Assembly (NCBI RefSeq): GCF_006345805.1
Contig: NC_042997.1
Span: 114,142,001 to 114,206,000, forward strand
Direction: 5' to 3'
DNA: 64,000 bases
Source: Octopus sinensis
Lineage: Eukaryota
In this document: positions 38,108 to 50,252 of the stretch, piece after piece
How positions within the stretch are numbered: position 1 is the stretch's first letter
Layout: each line of letters starts with the position of its first letter
Program-made: the position numbers and the translations under genes
The notes under the pieces: generated by a model
Told to the model about the DNA's origin: nothing
The model's input: the letters and a program-made list of their open reading frames with translations, nothing else
Database searches by the model: none

Positions 38108-38152
<45 letters not shown>
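38108..38152. repeat. (TG)n microsatellite
   Basis: Pure dinucleotide run. Confidence 0.98.
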
Positions 38153-38155
<3 letters not shown>

Positions 38156-39231
38156 GGCATTTTAAAAGGCATTCTTTGTATAGTTAAATAGGTTCTAAGT
38201 TGTATTGAAAACTTCTGTACTAAAGTATTTCACTGTTTTGAAACTAAATTTAATAATTGACCCTCTTTTTTTCATTGTAAGGGAGATACTCTAGATATCT
38301 GACATTAGACTGTTTTGGAAATATGCCTGGAGTTGTGATCAAACTGCCAAAGATGGCTTAGCCTCCTCCCTTCACACTTATTCTGCTTTAATTAAAATTC
38401 CAGAGTTGTCTCCCTTGCTTTACTTGACTAGAATTAATCATCAAGATATATTGATATTTTTTTCTCCCCTCTTCAGATGTAATTTTCATGAAGTTTTAAT
38501 TAAAACTTCTGGGAGTTTCTCCATCAAATAATATAAGCTGATAAAATATAGTGTCCACTTCTTTATCTGTGAGTAGTTGTGATATTAGTTGTAATCAAAG
38601 CTGCATTACTCTTTCCAGTCTCAGAGGATGATTAACAAAGGTCATGGCCACTCCTCTTCTTCCTTTGACTAATTTGTATAAAAGAAAGACTTACTAGCAG
38701 ACATTATTACTTCCATTCTCATGCCTAATCAAGTTCTGTTAGTTTTTAATACTTAATTGTTTCTAAAATTCTTTAAATGTGATAAATCCACACTGTGAGT
38801 TAAATAAAAATGTAAACACCTTTCTTTTTTTTTTTTGTATGCTACTGATGCAGGATAGAAAAAGGAGCGAGTCTCTTGATAGACTGTTTCATGGTTTGTT
38901 GACCATTCCTCAGAGAAAACTTACTTTGCTACCCCTCAACTGTAGGGGACCTTGGAGAAAGCCAGCAGATGATTTGTTGATGGAAAAAGGCAACATTACT
39001 GCTTGTAGATCAGGAATTTTTGGATGAGCATGAAACTACTACTATATAATACACACACACATACACAGAGGCTTCTTTCAGTTTCTATCTACCAAATCTA
39101 CACACAAGGTTTGGGCTGTCCTGGATAAGACACTTGACGCTGTGCAGTGGGACTGAACCTGAAACCATATTTCATGGTAGTTAACTACTTAACTACTTCA
39201 CCATGCAGTCATGCCTGTGCCTATATATATA

Positions 39232-39289
<58 letters not shown>

Positions 39290-39290
<1 letters not shown>

Positions 39291-39633
39291 TTGCCAGAGC
39301 GGCTATCTAGCCTCCATGCCAGTAGCACGTAAAAGACACCATTTGAACGTGATCGTTACCAGCGTCGCCTTACTGGCACCTGTGCCGGTGGCATTTGTAA
39401 AAGATTTGAGCGAGGTGTCGTTGCCAGCACTGCCTGACTGGCCCCGTGCCAGTGGCACGTAAAAAGCACCCACTACACTCTCAGAGTGGTTGGCGTTAGG
39501 AAGGGCATACAGCTGTAGAAACTCTGCCAGATCAAGATTGAAGCCTGATGCAGCCATCTGGTTTGCCAGCCCTCAGTCAATCGTCCAACTCATGCTAGCA
39601 TGGAAAGCGGACGTTAAACGATGATGATGATGA
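39290..39633 (+). mobile_element. RTE 3' tail (family C)
   Basis: Very similar to 13278-13620. Confidence 0.9.
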
Positions 39634-40717
39634 TACATGCAGAGAGAGAGAGATAGAGAGTGAATAAATATTACAAATTAAATCTGGTATGAATTATTTC
39701 ATACTTGCCATATCTCTTGTATCTAGTTTCTAGATTTTCTGATAATGACGCCATAGATTTCTAGCTAATTACAAGAAGTGGTTCTTCTTCTGCTTTTATT
39801 ATCTTCTTGGACACATAACACTAGATTAAAAATATTTTTGTTGGATAAAACTGTGTAAGATAAGTAATGCTTGGTTTTGTTCAGAACTCAACTGCATTAG
39901 TTTTAGCCATTTTTTTTTTCATTTCTTCATAATTATAACCAGTCATGCAAACCAATGTCATCTACCAGATTAGTTACTTGAACAATCAATCAATCTGTGA
40001 GTTGAATTTAACATTTTACAGTTGACTGAAGACCTCAAATGATTCTGTTATATTTAGTCTTTGGTTCACTTTCGTGATTACATATCACCAGTTGGTCTGT
40101 TGAAGGTCTTGATACATACATGCATGCATACATGTGTGTGTGTGAGAGAGAAAGAGAGATCATTGTTTTCTTACATCCATTTTTTTTTCTTGATTGCGTC
40201 TGTCAGATAATTTGTTGTGGCAGATATTCTACAAACCAGATACTCTTCCTGTTGCCAACCCTCACCTGATTCCAAGCAAACTAATAGTTTTCCTTGGCCA
40301 GATGTGTTTTGCGTGGAAGATAAGACAACATTGCTTGGATGACAATGATTCTCATTTTACAAACCTCTCATTATGTTAAGACATGCACGTGCACACACAC
40401 ACACACACGTATCTGTCTACCAAATTCACACAAAAACTTTGGCTGACCTGGGGCTATAGTGGAAGACATTTACCCAAGGTGCTGCACAGTGGAACCAAAC
40501 CATATGCCTGTAATTATATATGTAAATTGTGGTTCGTTTTGCTTCCATGCAACCATGAATTGGATGGGAATTGATTTTGAAGCAGGATTTTACAGTTTTT
40601 GAAGTAAGGGAGTTTATATTCAACAGGCCCTCAAAACCACAAAGTGTTTGACTATAATGTCAATATGGAATGTAAACACCATTGCTATTTTGCTTAACCA
40701 ATGACAGGCAAATTATC

Positions 40718-40756
<39 letters not shown>

Positions 40757-41004
40757 GTGAATATCTATGTATATTCCTATACATGACAGCCTTCACTCAA
40801 CAAATTCACTCACAAGGTATTGGTCTGCCAGGGGTGGGGAGGTTAGCAGAAAACATTTGCTTGAAGGTGCCATGCAATGGAATCGAACCCCCCACTACAC
40901 CTTCTGAAACTGTATGGTTGAGAAGCAAACTTCTTGCTGTACGGTTATGCCTGCACCTATGGTATATATTCTGTCTTTTGGCTTGACTTTGCAAAGTGAA
41001 GATT

Positions 41005-41740
41005 TTCAGAGAGAGATCTCCATGTCTGTTACAGGTTTGCTGATGTGCAGTGAGTCTGTTTTAGGACAAACAGCCATGACTACAGAGGCTGCACGAGAAG
41101 GCAGGTTGGTTGTGGTGTCCTTGTTTCTTATTTTACTTCCTTCTTCTCTTGTCTGCAAGGATGGACCTACTGGCATCATCAAAGGATGCCATTGCCTGAT
41201 GGACAGTGGGACGCCAGGTTTCCTGGTCATCATCATAGATCAGTGTTCTCAACAGGGGTCCACATACAATTTTGTTGTCAAAATTTGTACAATAAATTTT
41301 AAAATATTTTAACAGTTTTTTTAACTACAATTCTTAATAATGTATAATTCTAAAAATATAGCAGGGTTTTTAAAACTTCAAATGGGTCCACCCAAGTAGG
41401 AATCAAAGGGGTCCATAGGCAAAAAATGGTTGAGAATCATTATCATAGACTATTAATATCAACAACTTTCCATATATATTGTCTTAGTATTGAAAATGGA
41501 TCACTTTTTTCTGTCCTGAGATGCTGTTGCCATCAGTATTCAATCTCTTCAATTTGTTTCACCGTGTTCACCCCGATTTCTCATACAGTTACCTTGAATT
41601 GAGTGTTTGCCTTGGCAATCATGTTCTTTCCATTCTCTGGACATCCCTAAGGAAGCAGAAGTTTTACTGTACTGAAATCTTTTCAGTGGTGGAGAGCTTT
41701 TTCATCTTTCCTGATGATCTTCAGGACTAGTCTTAGAAGC
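41005..41740 (-). mobile_element. RTE (BovB-like) LINE C-terminal fragment, interrupted by a hAT MITE
   Basis: DVQRMERT*LPRQ then DQETWRPTVHQAMASFDDASRSILADKRRRK*...FSCSLCSHGCLS*NRLTAHQQTC (terminal Zn-finger-like motif). Confidence 0.75.
41241..41441. mobile_element. hAT-type MITE
   Basis: CAGTGTTCTCAAC ... GTTGAGAATCATT; ATCATAGA on both flanks; related to 57548-58060 and 59661-59908. Confidence 0.75.
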
Positions 41741-41949
41741 CTCATCATGAATATGTGTAACTTTTTAATATATATATATAATGTTTAAATAACATTTAAA
41801 CATGATGCTAATTAGAAAGACAATATTTATCACCTGAAACAGTCTGTATTACTATGATTAATACAGCTGTTTCTGATCAACCACCATGGAATTTCCAATC
41901 GCTTTCACTGGCATGTTTGAAGTGTGTGTGTTTGTGTATACATATATAT

Positions 41950-41993
<44 letters not shown>

Positions 41994-42421
41994 ATTATGA
42001 AAAGCTGCGACAACCAAAGTGATAAGATAGTGGTTGCTAGCCTAAAAATTCTCTCACTTAATCTTGATACTGCTACTCACTTTCAACCTGGCTATTTTAT
42101 GATAAATAATGGCTTTTGTACATAATGCAAATCATATTCTTATCTATCAACTCACTAAGTTCAAATCCTCTACTAAATACTGGTGCCAACAGAAGAAACT
42201 TTTTATCCTATAAGGAATCTTGATTTATGTCTTTATTATGAATCTTGAGGTTATTTCATGCTTAACATCTTAACATCGGATTGTTGATATACAAACACCT
42301 TGTAGCCACTGGCACAAACTTGTTTCCTTGTTCTGTTGGGAGTTGTGAGCTGGCAGAATCTTTAGAGTATTTTGAGGAAAAAAATGTACTTTGCAGTATT
42401 TCTTCTGGTTGTTTACATCGT

Positions 42422-42640
42422 TTAACCATTTAGCATTCAGATTTCTCTGTCGAATGTGATGCTTATTTATTCATGTTGATTTGAATGAATCATGCAATAC
42501 CTTGTAGCCTTGAGACTTCATTGATGTGATTGTTTATTCTTTGAATGATATTGAGTAAGAGGCCAGATGTGACCAGTTTGAAGATAAAATAGGTAAGATA
42601 TTTTGGCCGGATATGGTCAGTTTAAATGCTAAAGGGTTAA
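42422..42640 (+). mobile_element. TTAA MITE type 1 inserted in a degenerate SINE A
   Basis: TTAA-CCATTTAGCATT ... AATGCTAAAGGG-TTAA; A head at about 42345-42420 and A core after 42640. Confidence 0.85.
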
Positions 42641-43525
42641 ATTGCACTGAGAACAGCTTTGCTTTTCATACCCATGACTACTGAATTTACCAATTAGGAA
42701 GATTTATGGAAGCTCCAATATTTCTAATGTAATTAATTGTTTTTGCCTTGTAGCTCAAGTTGAATTAAAAGAAACAAAGAAAACCCTATCACTATAATCT
42801 TGAAGGCATCAAAATGATATCCATATCTGTGACTGTAGTGATTTTGTGTGCTAACAATGGTACACCTCCCGTCCAGGAGTTAATGGAACAAGGCCTGTAT
42901 CTAATGTTTAAAGGGATATTGGGATATGAAGAGCAAATCCATCAGTATAACAAGTGTTAATCAGTCTGGCAAAGATAAACGGATTAACCGAATATCCTTC
43001 AACATATCTCCAACCAACTAGAAGCACCACCGCTTGGCTAAGTCCAATGTAGAGTGAGGAATTTCCTCATAACAAGGAGCCATGATGAATTTCTAATAAT
43101 TGCTTTTTTTGTTTTTAAATTACCCTCAAACCCTTATGACATAATATTATTTACTTTGGAGCACCATCATCATCATTACCACCATTATTTTATTTCAACG
43201 TCTCATAGTTTTGTGGCTCCACCCTAATAAACTTGTATATGAGAATGTATAATAGGATCATTTTTCATATTTTTCACAGTCAAGTGATTGATTTTCCTTA
43301 ATGTAATCATGCATAATTTCCACCAGCCATGTTGTCACCACATCACTTAGTGATATGATATTGACTTGGTTTAATTAAAGAAGGATGGCTTGATTGGAAA
43401 ATATGCTTAGTTATTATACTAAATCATTCTTCTTTGCTATAGATTTATAGTCATCATCATCATCATTTAATGTCAGTCTCCCGTGCTGGCATGAGTTGGA
43501 TGTTCTGACAGGAGGCAATGAGTCA

Positions 43526-43803
43526 CAATAGTTTCCAAAGTGGGCGGTATTACCCTCCCACCCCGGAGCAGTGGAAAGTTCCCAGGAGGTGTTGAAGAAA
43601 AGTGGGGCAATAACGAGGTATCAATTCATGTAAAAACAACAAAATATGTATTCGTCTGGTTAAGTTTTATTTGTTAAATATAGTTGCTTTGAATTTGCTA
43701 CAGAAAGAGGTGTATGTTTGCGATGGTTGGTTGGAGTGGGAGCTCTCGGAATGTGGCCTGGGTGTCAAGGGCGTGGCAGCCCGCAAACGTTTGGGAGCCA
43801 CTG
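43526..43803. mobile_element. hAT-type MITE nested in a family C tail (43453-43930, minus)
   Basis: CAATAGTTTCCAAAGT ... ACGTTTGGGAGCCACTG; TSD not clear. Confidence 0.6.
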
Positions 43804-44069
43804 AGCTAGAGCATAGCATTGAACTCCTGTGTCTGTTTTGGCATGGTTCTATGATTGGATACACTTCCATATGCCACTCACTTTGCAGTGTGTACTGGTT
43901 GTTTTTTTTTTTTTTCATACACTGGCATTAGTGAAGCCACCAAATAAAACTTGCACGACAAAAAGATCCCTTAGCTGAGTGAGGTTGTATTAGAGAAGGA
44001 GATTTTATGATAATCTGATGAGACGAAGCTGATTTACAGTGAAACTTCAAAGTTACTGTCAACCTTTTC

Positions 44070-44170
44070 TATGTACAAATGGCGGAGGTAAAGAATACAT
44101 ACACCTGGTTTTTTGCATAACAAAAACCCTAACCATGAGGTGTGCGTATTCTTTACCTTTGCCGTACATA
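44070..44170. mobile_element. ~100-bp fold-back MITE
   Basis: GGCGGAGGTAAAGAATACATACACCT / AGGTGTGCGTATTCTTTACCTTTGCC arms; AACCCTAACC in the spacer. Confidence 0.7.
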
Positions 44171-44187
44171 TATATCTTATACTTTAT

Positions 44188-44653
44188 TTAACCCTTTTGA
44201 TGCCAACCCACCTGTGACAGCCTATGGTTCTATAATACAAACTTCTTGTTTTAGAGAGATCATCTTCATTTAATGTCTGTTTTCCATGCTGTCATAGGTT
44301 AGATTTGTCAGGAGCTGGTAAGCCAGATGACTGCACCAAGCTACACTGTCTGTTTTGGCATGGTTTTTACAGCTGGTTGCCCTTCCTAATGCCAACCACT
44401 TTATAAAGTGGACTCAGTGCTTTTTACATGAGATCTAAATTAAAACCTTTCATAGAAATTTCACATTAATTTATGTTTCAAACAATAAAAGTTATTTTAC
44501 TAAATTCTTCGTTAGTTTTAAAATTATTTCAAACCAATGGAGTGTCTTTCATTAGAAATATTAACAAAAACGATTTGATGTGAATTAAAATCTTGTAAAA
44601 AAAAAAAAAAATTCTTAGTAATTTGTTAGAAAAGTGGTAACAAAAGGGCTTAA
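44188..44653 (+). mobile_element. TTAA MITE type 2 interrupted by a family C tail (about 44262-44430)
   Basis: TTAA-CCCTTTTGATGCC ... GGTAACAAAAGGG; the C insert is flanked by GAGATC-like repeats. Confidence 0.65.
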
Positions 44654-44703
44654 ATATTTTGCACGATCCTTCAATAAATTTTTTTATTGTTTTTATGTAT
44701 AAT

Positions 44704-44706
<3 letters not shown>

Positions 44707-44761
<55 letters not shown>
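44707..44761. repeat. (GA)n microsatellite
   Basis: Pure run. Confidence 0.98.
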
Positions 44762-44763
<2 letters not shown>

Positions 44764-45185
44764 AACGTATAAACTATGCCATATTTTCCGGATGACAAGT
44801 CGACGTAGTTATATAAACATAGAATGTAAACATACAAACATCGTCACTACCTTTCGTGGTCGACCTTCCCTTTTTTTTTGTGGGTGTAAACTTTGATCTG
44901 AAAAATTCAACACGTATTATGTATTACTGGAAGATGTTTATGAGCAACAACATTGATAATGAACATGTCATCAAATTGCTACAGCGGGGTGGGGGGATTT
45001 GATATCGCATACTCGAGTTACGTGTTGCGTATCGTTTGCACGGGGGTGGGGTGATGGTAATAATGCACTAACGTTTGTGGTGGTGGTGGCGGCAGCGGCG
45101 TTGGGAATGATACAGCTGATTTTTATGGTGACTTGACACACGTGACTCTCCTGTTTTTAGTGCTTCTAGGAGTCAACTGAGTCCG

Positions 45186-45291
<106 letters not shown>

Positions 45292-46748
45292 AAAATAGTA
45301 TCAGATTTTAAGAGATCATATCACAGAAGTCGACTTTAGCACCGTTGATCAAAGCTGGATAAACGAATGATTTTTGTCCCTTTTGTTCCGTTTCCAGATA
45401 TTTTCTTTTTATCACTTTTCAAAGAAATAGAAAACAACTTTCACTTTCTACGTGTCCCGTCGCTTCTTAGTCTGCTTTCTCTAACTTACAACTGGATTAC
45501 TCCTTTACAATGTGGATAGCTTCAAACCCACTTGTAAATATTTACATTTGTGAACGATAAACAGCAAAAGCTGGTTATTTACGTAGAAATTGAAACCAGC
45601 AAAATCTCTCGAGGGATGTCTGCTAACAAATGTTGGCTTAACTTTTCAATGTAATAAGCCTACAAATTGGGTTAGTGGGTGTCATTACGCTTGTTGTTGT
45701 TCTTGCTACCACGTTTGTTCTTGCTTTTGTCGTCATCCCATTTGTTAGATTCCATTTTGTCAACCTCATTTTTGTTGTTGTTCTTTTTGTCACTTTGGTG
45801 ACTTAGTTATCGTTGTTGTTGCCTTTGCAATTTTTTATTGCTGTTGTCGTCATCGCTTTTATCATTGCTGGCGTCGTTGGCACCTTTGCTGTCGTCATCG
45901 CGCTTGTTGTTGTCACATTGTTCTTGTCGACAGACATGCAAGAATCAACACGACAAAAACAAAATAAAATAAAAAAAAACCAACAAAAAAAAAAAACGAA
46001 TACACAAACAATTCTGTAACAAACAGACACAATACATTCATTATCGAATACTTTCGTTCTTTAATATTTGCAAAATTTTCTTTAGAAAAAGATAGCTCTG
46101 TGATATAGTTCAAGAAACATATCAAGTTTATGTAATAGTGGGCGGCGATGGTGAGGAGGACTCGAATCAGGTGGAAAAAGAAAAGAAAATCACCAGAAAT
46201 CAATAACTGATTTCATTTTGTTTTTGTTTTGTGGTTTTAAGATATTGAATTCGTGATTTTTCTTTTCATTTTTTCTTTCCACATCCATATAACGTCATTA
46301 TATAAATTGTTTCATTCATTGTGTAACAAGTTATATATTGTCACTTATAAACGACTGGAAATGTTTTTTTTTTCATTTTTCATTTCTGGTATATAAATAC
46401 GTGACTATTTTCTTGTAACTTTTTCCTAGATAAAATCCACCCACCCTTTTCTATGGTATTTCCGTTCACATCGTCTCCCCCACCACTCCCGGTAAATGTG
46501 AAACAATGCTTCGGAGTAAAACGAAAGAAATATTTTCTTTTCTCATATACACACAGCCGTTGTATATTATAACGTTCTGAAGAATTAAGTACTCAATACA
46601 AACGTCGAATGTAGTAGTTTATTTAGCCTGTTATTCTGGAGATTTCACAGCATCAATCGGGACAAAGACATCAAAACGGATCCTTCAAACGGACACTGCC
46701 CAGGCCAAACTAGGGCGTGTGGTAAGCCTACTGTCTCTCTTTCTCTCT

Positions 46749-46749
<1 letters not shown>

Positions 46750-46833
<84 letters not shown>
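46750..46833. repeat. (CA)n microsatellite
   Basis: About 80-bp pure run. Confidence 0.98.
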
Positions 46834-46837
<4 letters not shown>

Positions 46838-47238
46838 TTTAAAAAGGTGGAGTTTTTTCAGCTTATAAAGCTTGAACCACCTTGATCCATTAAATTTTGG
46901 CGTAGATCTCCCAATGGGGGTTCCACTTGATTTAGTGTGCGGTGTTTTTGGCCTTCAGGTTCAAGATATATCTTGCCAACTTATTTGTAAATCTTATATC
47001 TACATTTCAGTTAGTTGCAAAAAGAAAAATTCGACACTTTCAGTTTTGTTTGAAGATGGGCACTCGGTTTTCCAAAAGCTTCCCTCAAGGGAATTCCCCA
47101 ATATCTATTTCCATGATCAATAGAAAGTACACCCAGTCTGTTATACACGTTTCATTCATCTGTCATTATTTTCTTCCTTGAGGTGATCCATTACTGAACT
47201 GCTGACATCAATGTTGTGCCATGACATTTCTTTCTATT

Positions 47239-47614
47239 CAGTTCTATTCAGTTAAGAGATGAATTATTATTTACATTATTTACATTTGACGGATATTTGT
47301 CCTCATCCTGTTTGTTGTTAACACGTTTCGGCTGATATACCCTCCAGCCTTCATCAGGTGTCTTGGGGAAATTTTGAACCCGGGTTCTCATTCCTAAGGT
47401 ATTTTTCAATGTTATTATTATTATTCAGGTCACTGCCTGGAATTGAACTCAGAATCTTGGAGTTAGTAGCCCACGCTCTTAACCACTATGCATATGGCAT
47501 AGTGGTTCAAAATTTCCCCAAGACACCTGATGAAGGCTGGGGTGTATATCAGCCGAAACATGTTAACAACAAACAAGATGAGGAGAACTATCCATCAGAT
47601 GTAAATAATGTACA
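47239..47614. mobile_element. Head-to-head palindrome of a tRNA-headed SINE carrying a hammerhead-like fold
   Basis: 47272-47380 is the reverse complement of 47504-47612; minus-strand tRNA-like head at 47431-47491; CTGATGA-A-GGCTG..CAGCC-GAAAC in both arms; 13-bp flanking repeat ATTTCTTTCTATT. Confidence 0.8.
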
Positions 47615-47707
47615 ATTTCTTTCTATTGTTATTACACATTCCATTCACCCAAAATTGTTCAACACGAAATTCTTGATTTTTTTTCTTTGTTTGAAGATTA
47701 AAGATTT

Positions 47708-47940
47708 AATAATAATAATAATGAAATTATTGTATATAGTGCTCAGGTGCACCTCAACTTGTCAAAAGTGCATGTAAAGCATATGCAGTAATGTACAAAT
47801 GTCTGGAAAGTGAACAGTGTATGAGTCAGATACATGATTGCGTGTGTATGGAGGGGAGAAAATCAGGTGTAGTGTTGGCGAATCTCAGGAAGCATGGAAA
47901 TTTTGAAGGATGCAGTGTTCCGACAATTAACAACTGATGT
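47708..47940 (-). mobile_element. CR1/L2-type LINE extreme 3' end
   Basis: Minus strand SVVNCRNTASFKISMLPEIRQHYT*, short UTR, (ATT)n tail. Confidence 0.55.
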
Positions 47941-48215
47941 CCAACTCCAACTCTCCCATCATCAACATCTTTATCAAGTTTATCATCATTGTGATGTAAT
48001 TTCCATGATATATCTCGGAAATATTTATGTCATGGCATTACAGTTTAAAGCAGTGGTTCTTAAATTTTGTAATATCTGGCCCTAATCCAAAACCTGGATT
48101 CTTTTAGAGGACCCACACCAAAAAAAGTAAAACAAGTCAAAGAAAAATGTATGATATTTATGAGGCCCTGGGAGCTGTGGTTGAGAATTCCCTGTTTATA
48201 ATTAAATAGAACTTA

Positions 48216-48265
48216 CAGTGACCTCACGAGGAAGACTTTAACAAGTCTTCCTCATGAGGTCACTG
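48216..48265. repeat. Near-perfect 23-bp hairpin with 4-nt loop
   Basis: CAGTGACCTCACGAGGAAGACTT-TAAC-AAGTCTTCCTCATGAGGTCACTG; one mismatch. Confidence 0.95.
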
Positions 48266-49364
48266 GGGCCTCCATAATGCATTAATCCTGTCCTACCCCT
48301 GCCAAAATAACTAAATAAGACAATATATTTGTTTTTGGAAATGTTCCTGTTTTTTTTGGTGTTTTGTGTTTTCTTATACAACTACCTCTGATATGACCAT
48401 CCTTATTTCTAATAAAGAATGGAATTTCAATAATGCTTAATTATTATCATTAGAACATTTTCAATAATGAAAGTATTACATACTTTTGTTTTTCATATAT
48501 CAATATTTAATGCCTGCAAAGTACTTGCACCCAGTACACTTTGTAAAGTGTTTGGCATTAGAAAGGGCCCGTACACTTTGTAAAGTTGTTGGCATAAGGA
48601 AAGGGATCCAACTGCAGAAACCTTGACAAAACAGACAATGGAACCTGGTGTGGCTCCTGGCCTTGTCAGCTCGTGTCACCCGCCCCCCCCCCCTCTGCCA
48701 GCATGGAAAACAGACGTTAACTTATGATGATGAATACTTAATATTTATCCTCCTGTTTAATCATGCTTTTGATTGTCATTATCACATTTGTTGATGTTGA
48801 TTTAAATTCATTTTCTTTTCACATTAATTAACATCAGCTGAACATTTTACTCTTGTCGTAATGCCACTTTGAATGCAATTCTTTGAGATGCACTCTATTT
48901 TCATTCAAGCCTTTTGTTGTCAACCATTAATTACATTTATAATTGTAATCATCGGTTAACCAACTATGGTAGTTTTTATTTTCACATGTATTACACATCC
49001 AGTGCCACCCCAAGGCCAAAACAGGTATTCACATCTTCATGTCTCATGGTTTGTGTTTCTCCTACATATCAGCTTTCTTAGCTCACTTAAGACATGTCAA
49101 ACCCACATTATAGATAAATATGTACATGATGATGTACCTCCCAAGCCAAGTAAATCGGTTTCTGTTCATGAAAAAAAAAATGTGACTGCTTGGAAAGCTG
49201 TTTATATGAAAATGCTGCAATTCCTGTCGCCAATTTAAAGATTGTCTTAAAGTTTATGCAAAATCTGTTGCTCTGATTTTAATTAGAAAATTACATGATT
49301 CAAGGCATGGAATCATTTAATGTTAACTTAATAAACATAAACAATGTTTTAATAATAATTATTA

Positions 49365-49720
49365 TTATTACCTCTGCCTTTGCTAAAGCGGAGGTATTGT
49401 TTTCAGTTATGTTTGTTTGTTTGTGAACCTGCTGGATGGATTTGGATGAAACTTTCAGGGATGTTTGGCCTTGTGACTGGCATGAACTGATTAGATTTTA
49501 GGATCAATCTGGTTCTGGACAAGGATTTTGGATTGTTTTTCCGTTTTTGTTTTTTATACTTAATTTTTGAGAGCGGTCAGGTTCATTTTTAGTATTTTCG
49601 TTTGTGAGAACAGTCGAGTGTATTTCAGATATTCCCATTTTAAAAATCATCTCCGGTTAATCGTTGAGAGGACTTTGGTGTTCTCCTGCTGGAGGTTTGC
49701 ACTCTCTGAGTGCTCTTATT
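49365..49720 (+). mobile_element. Helentron-associated non-autonomous element (HINE/DINE-1-like)
   Basis: TTATTACCTCTGC..GCGGAGGTA subterminal inverted repeat, (GTTT)n, 3' GGAGGT plus GCACTC-TCT-GAGTGC hairpin, T-rich ends. Confidence 0.75.
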
Positions 49721-49726
49721 ATTGTT

Positions 49727-50252
49727 AAGGGTTTGAACTGGCAGAATGATTAGCAAGTTGGACAACTTGCTTGGTGGCATTTCTTCAGGCTCTTTACGTT
49801 TTGAGTTCAAATTCCACCAAGATTGACTTTGCCTTTTCTCCTTTTGGGGTCAGTAAAAAAAAAGTACCAGTACCAGTTGAATACTGGGGTTGATGTAATT
49901 GACTTACCCCCTACCTTAAGCAAAAATTTGAGAGAATTATTAGTGCGGTTGTGTGGTCAGAAATTTGCTTGCCAACCACATGGTTCTGGGTTCAGTCCCA
50001 TAGCAAAGCATCTTTGGCAAGTGCCTTCTACTGTAGCCCCAAGCCAATTTAGTGAATGGTAAGTGAAAGCAGCCTTGTGTGTGTGTGTGATTTGATTACC
50101 TCCAAGTACCTCAGTGGGTCAGCAGAAGACACCTGAAGAATATGTACCAGGCATTAAAAAAATAGGTGGCAGGGTGGTTTATTTGACTAAACTCTTCAAA
50201 TTGGTGCCCTGGCATGGCTGCTGTCCAATGACTGAAACAAGTAAAAGATAGT
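49727..50252 (+). mobile_element. Degenerate SINE A (49727-49915) followed by degenerate SINE B (49945-50252)
   Basis: Family motifs are recognisable. Confidence 0.75.

Noticed and set aside
41830-41910. Minus-strand GAAACAGCTGTA Penelope-like half-core
   Set aside because: The upstream CUGANGA and stem II are not identifiable.
44126-44134. Telomeric-type CCCTAACC
   Set aside because: Only about 1.5 units, inside a MITE spacer.
47431-47491. tRNA gene
   Set aside because: A and B boxes are present but there is no full cloverleaf or acceptor stem; it is a SINE head. The same applies to the A, B and G heads.
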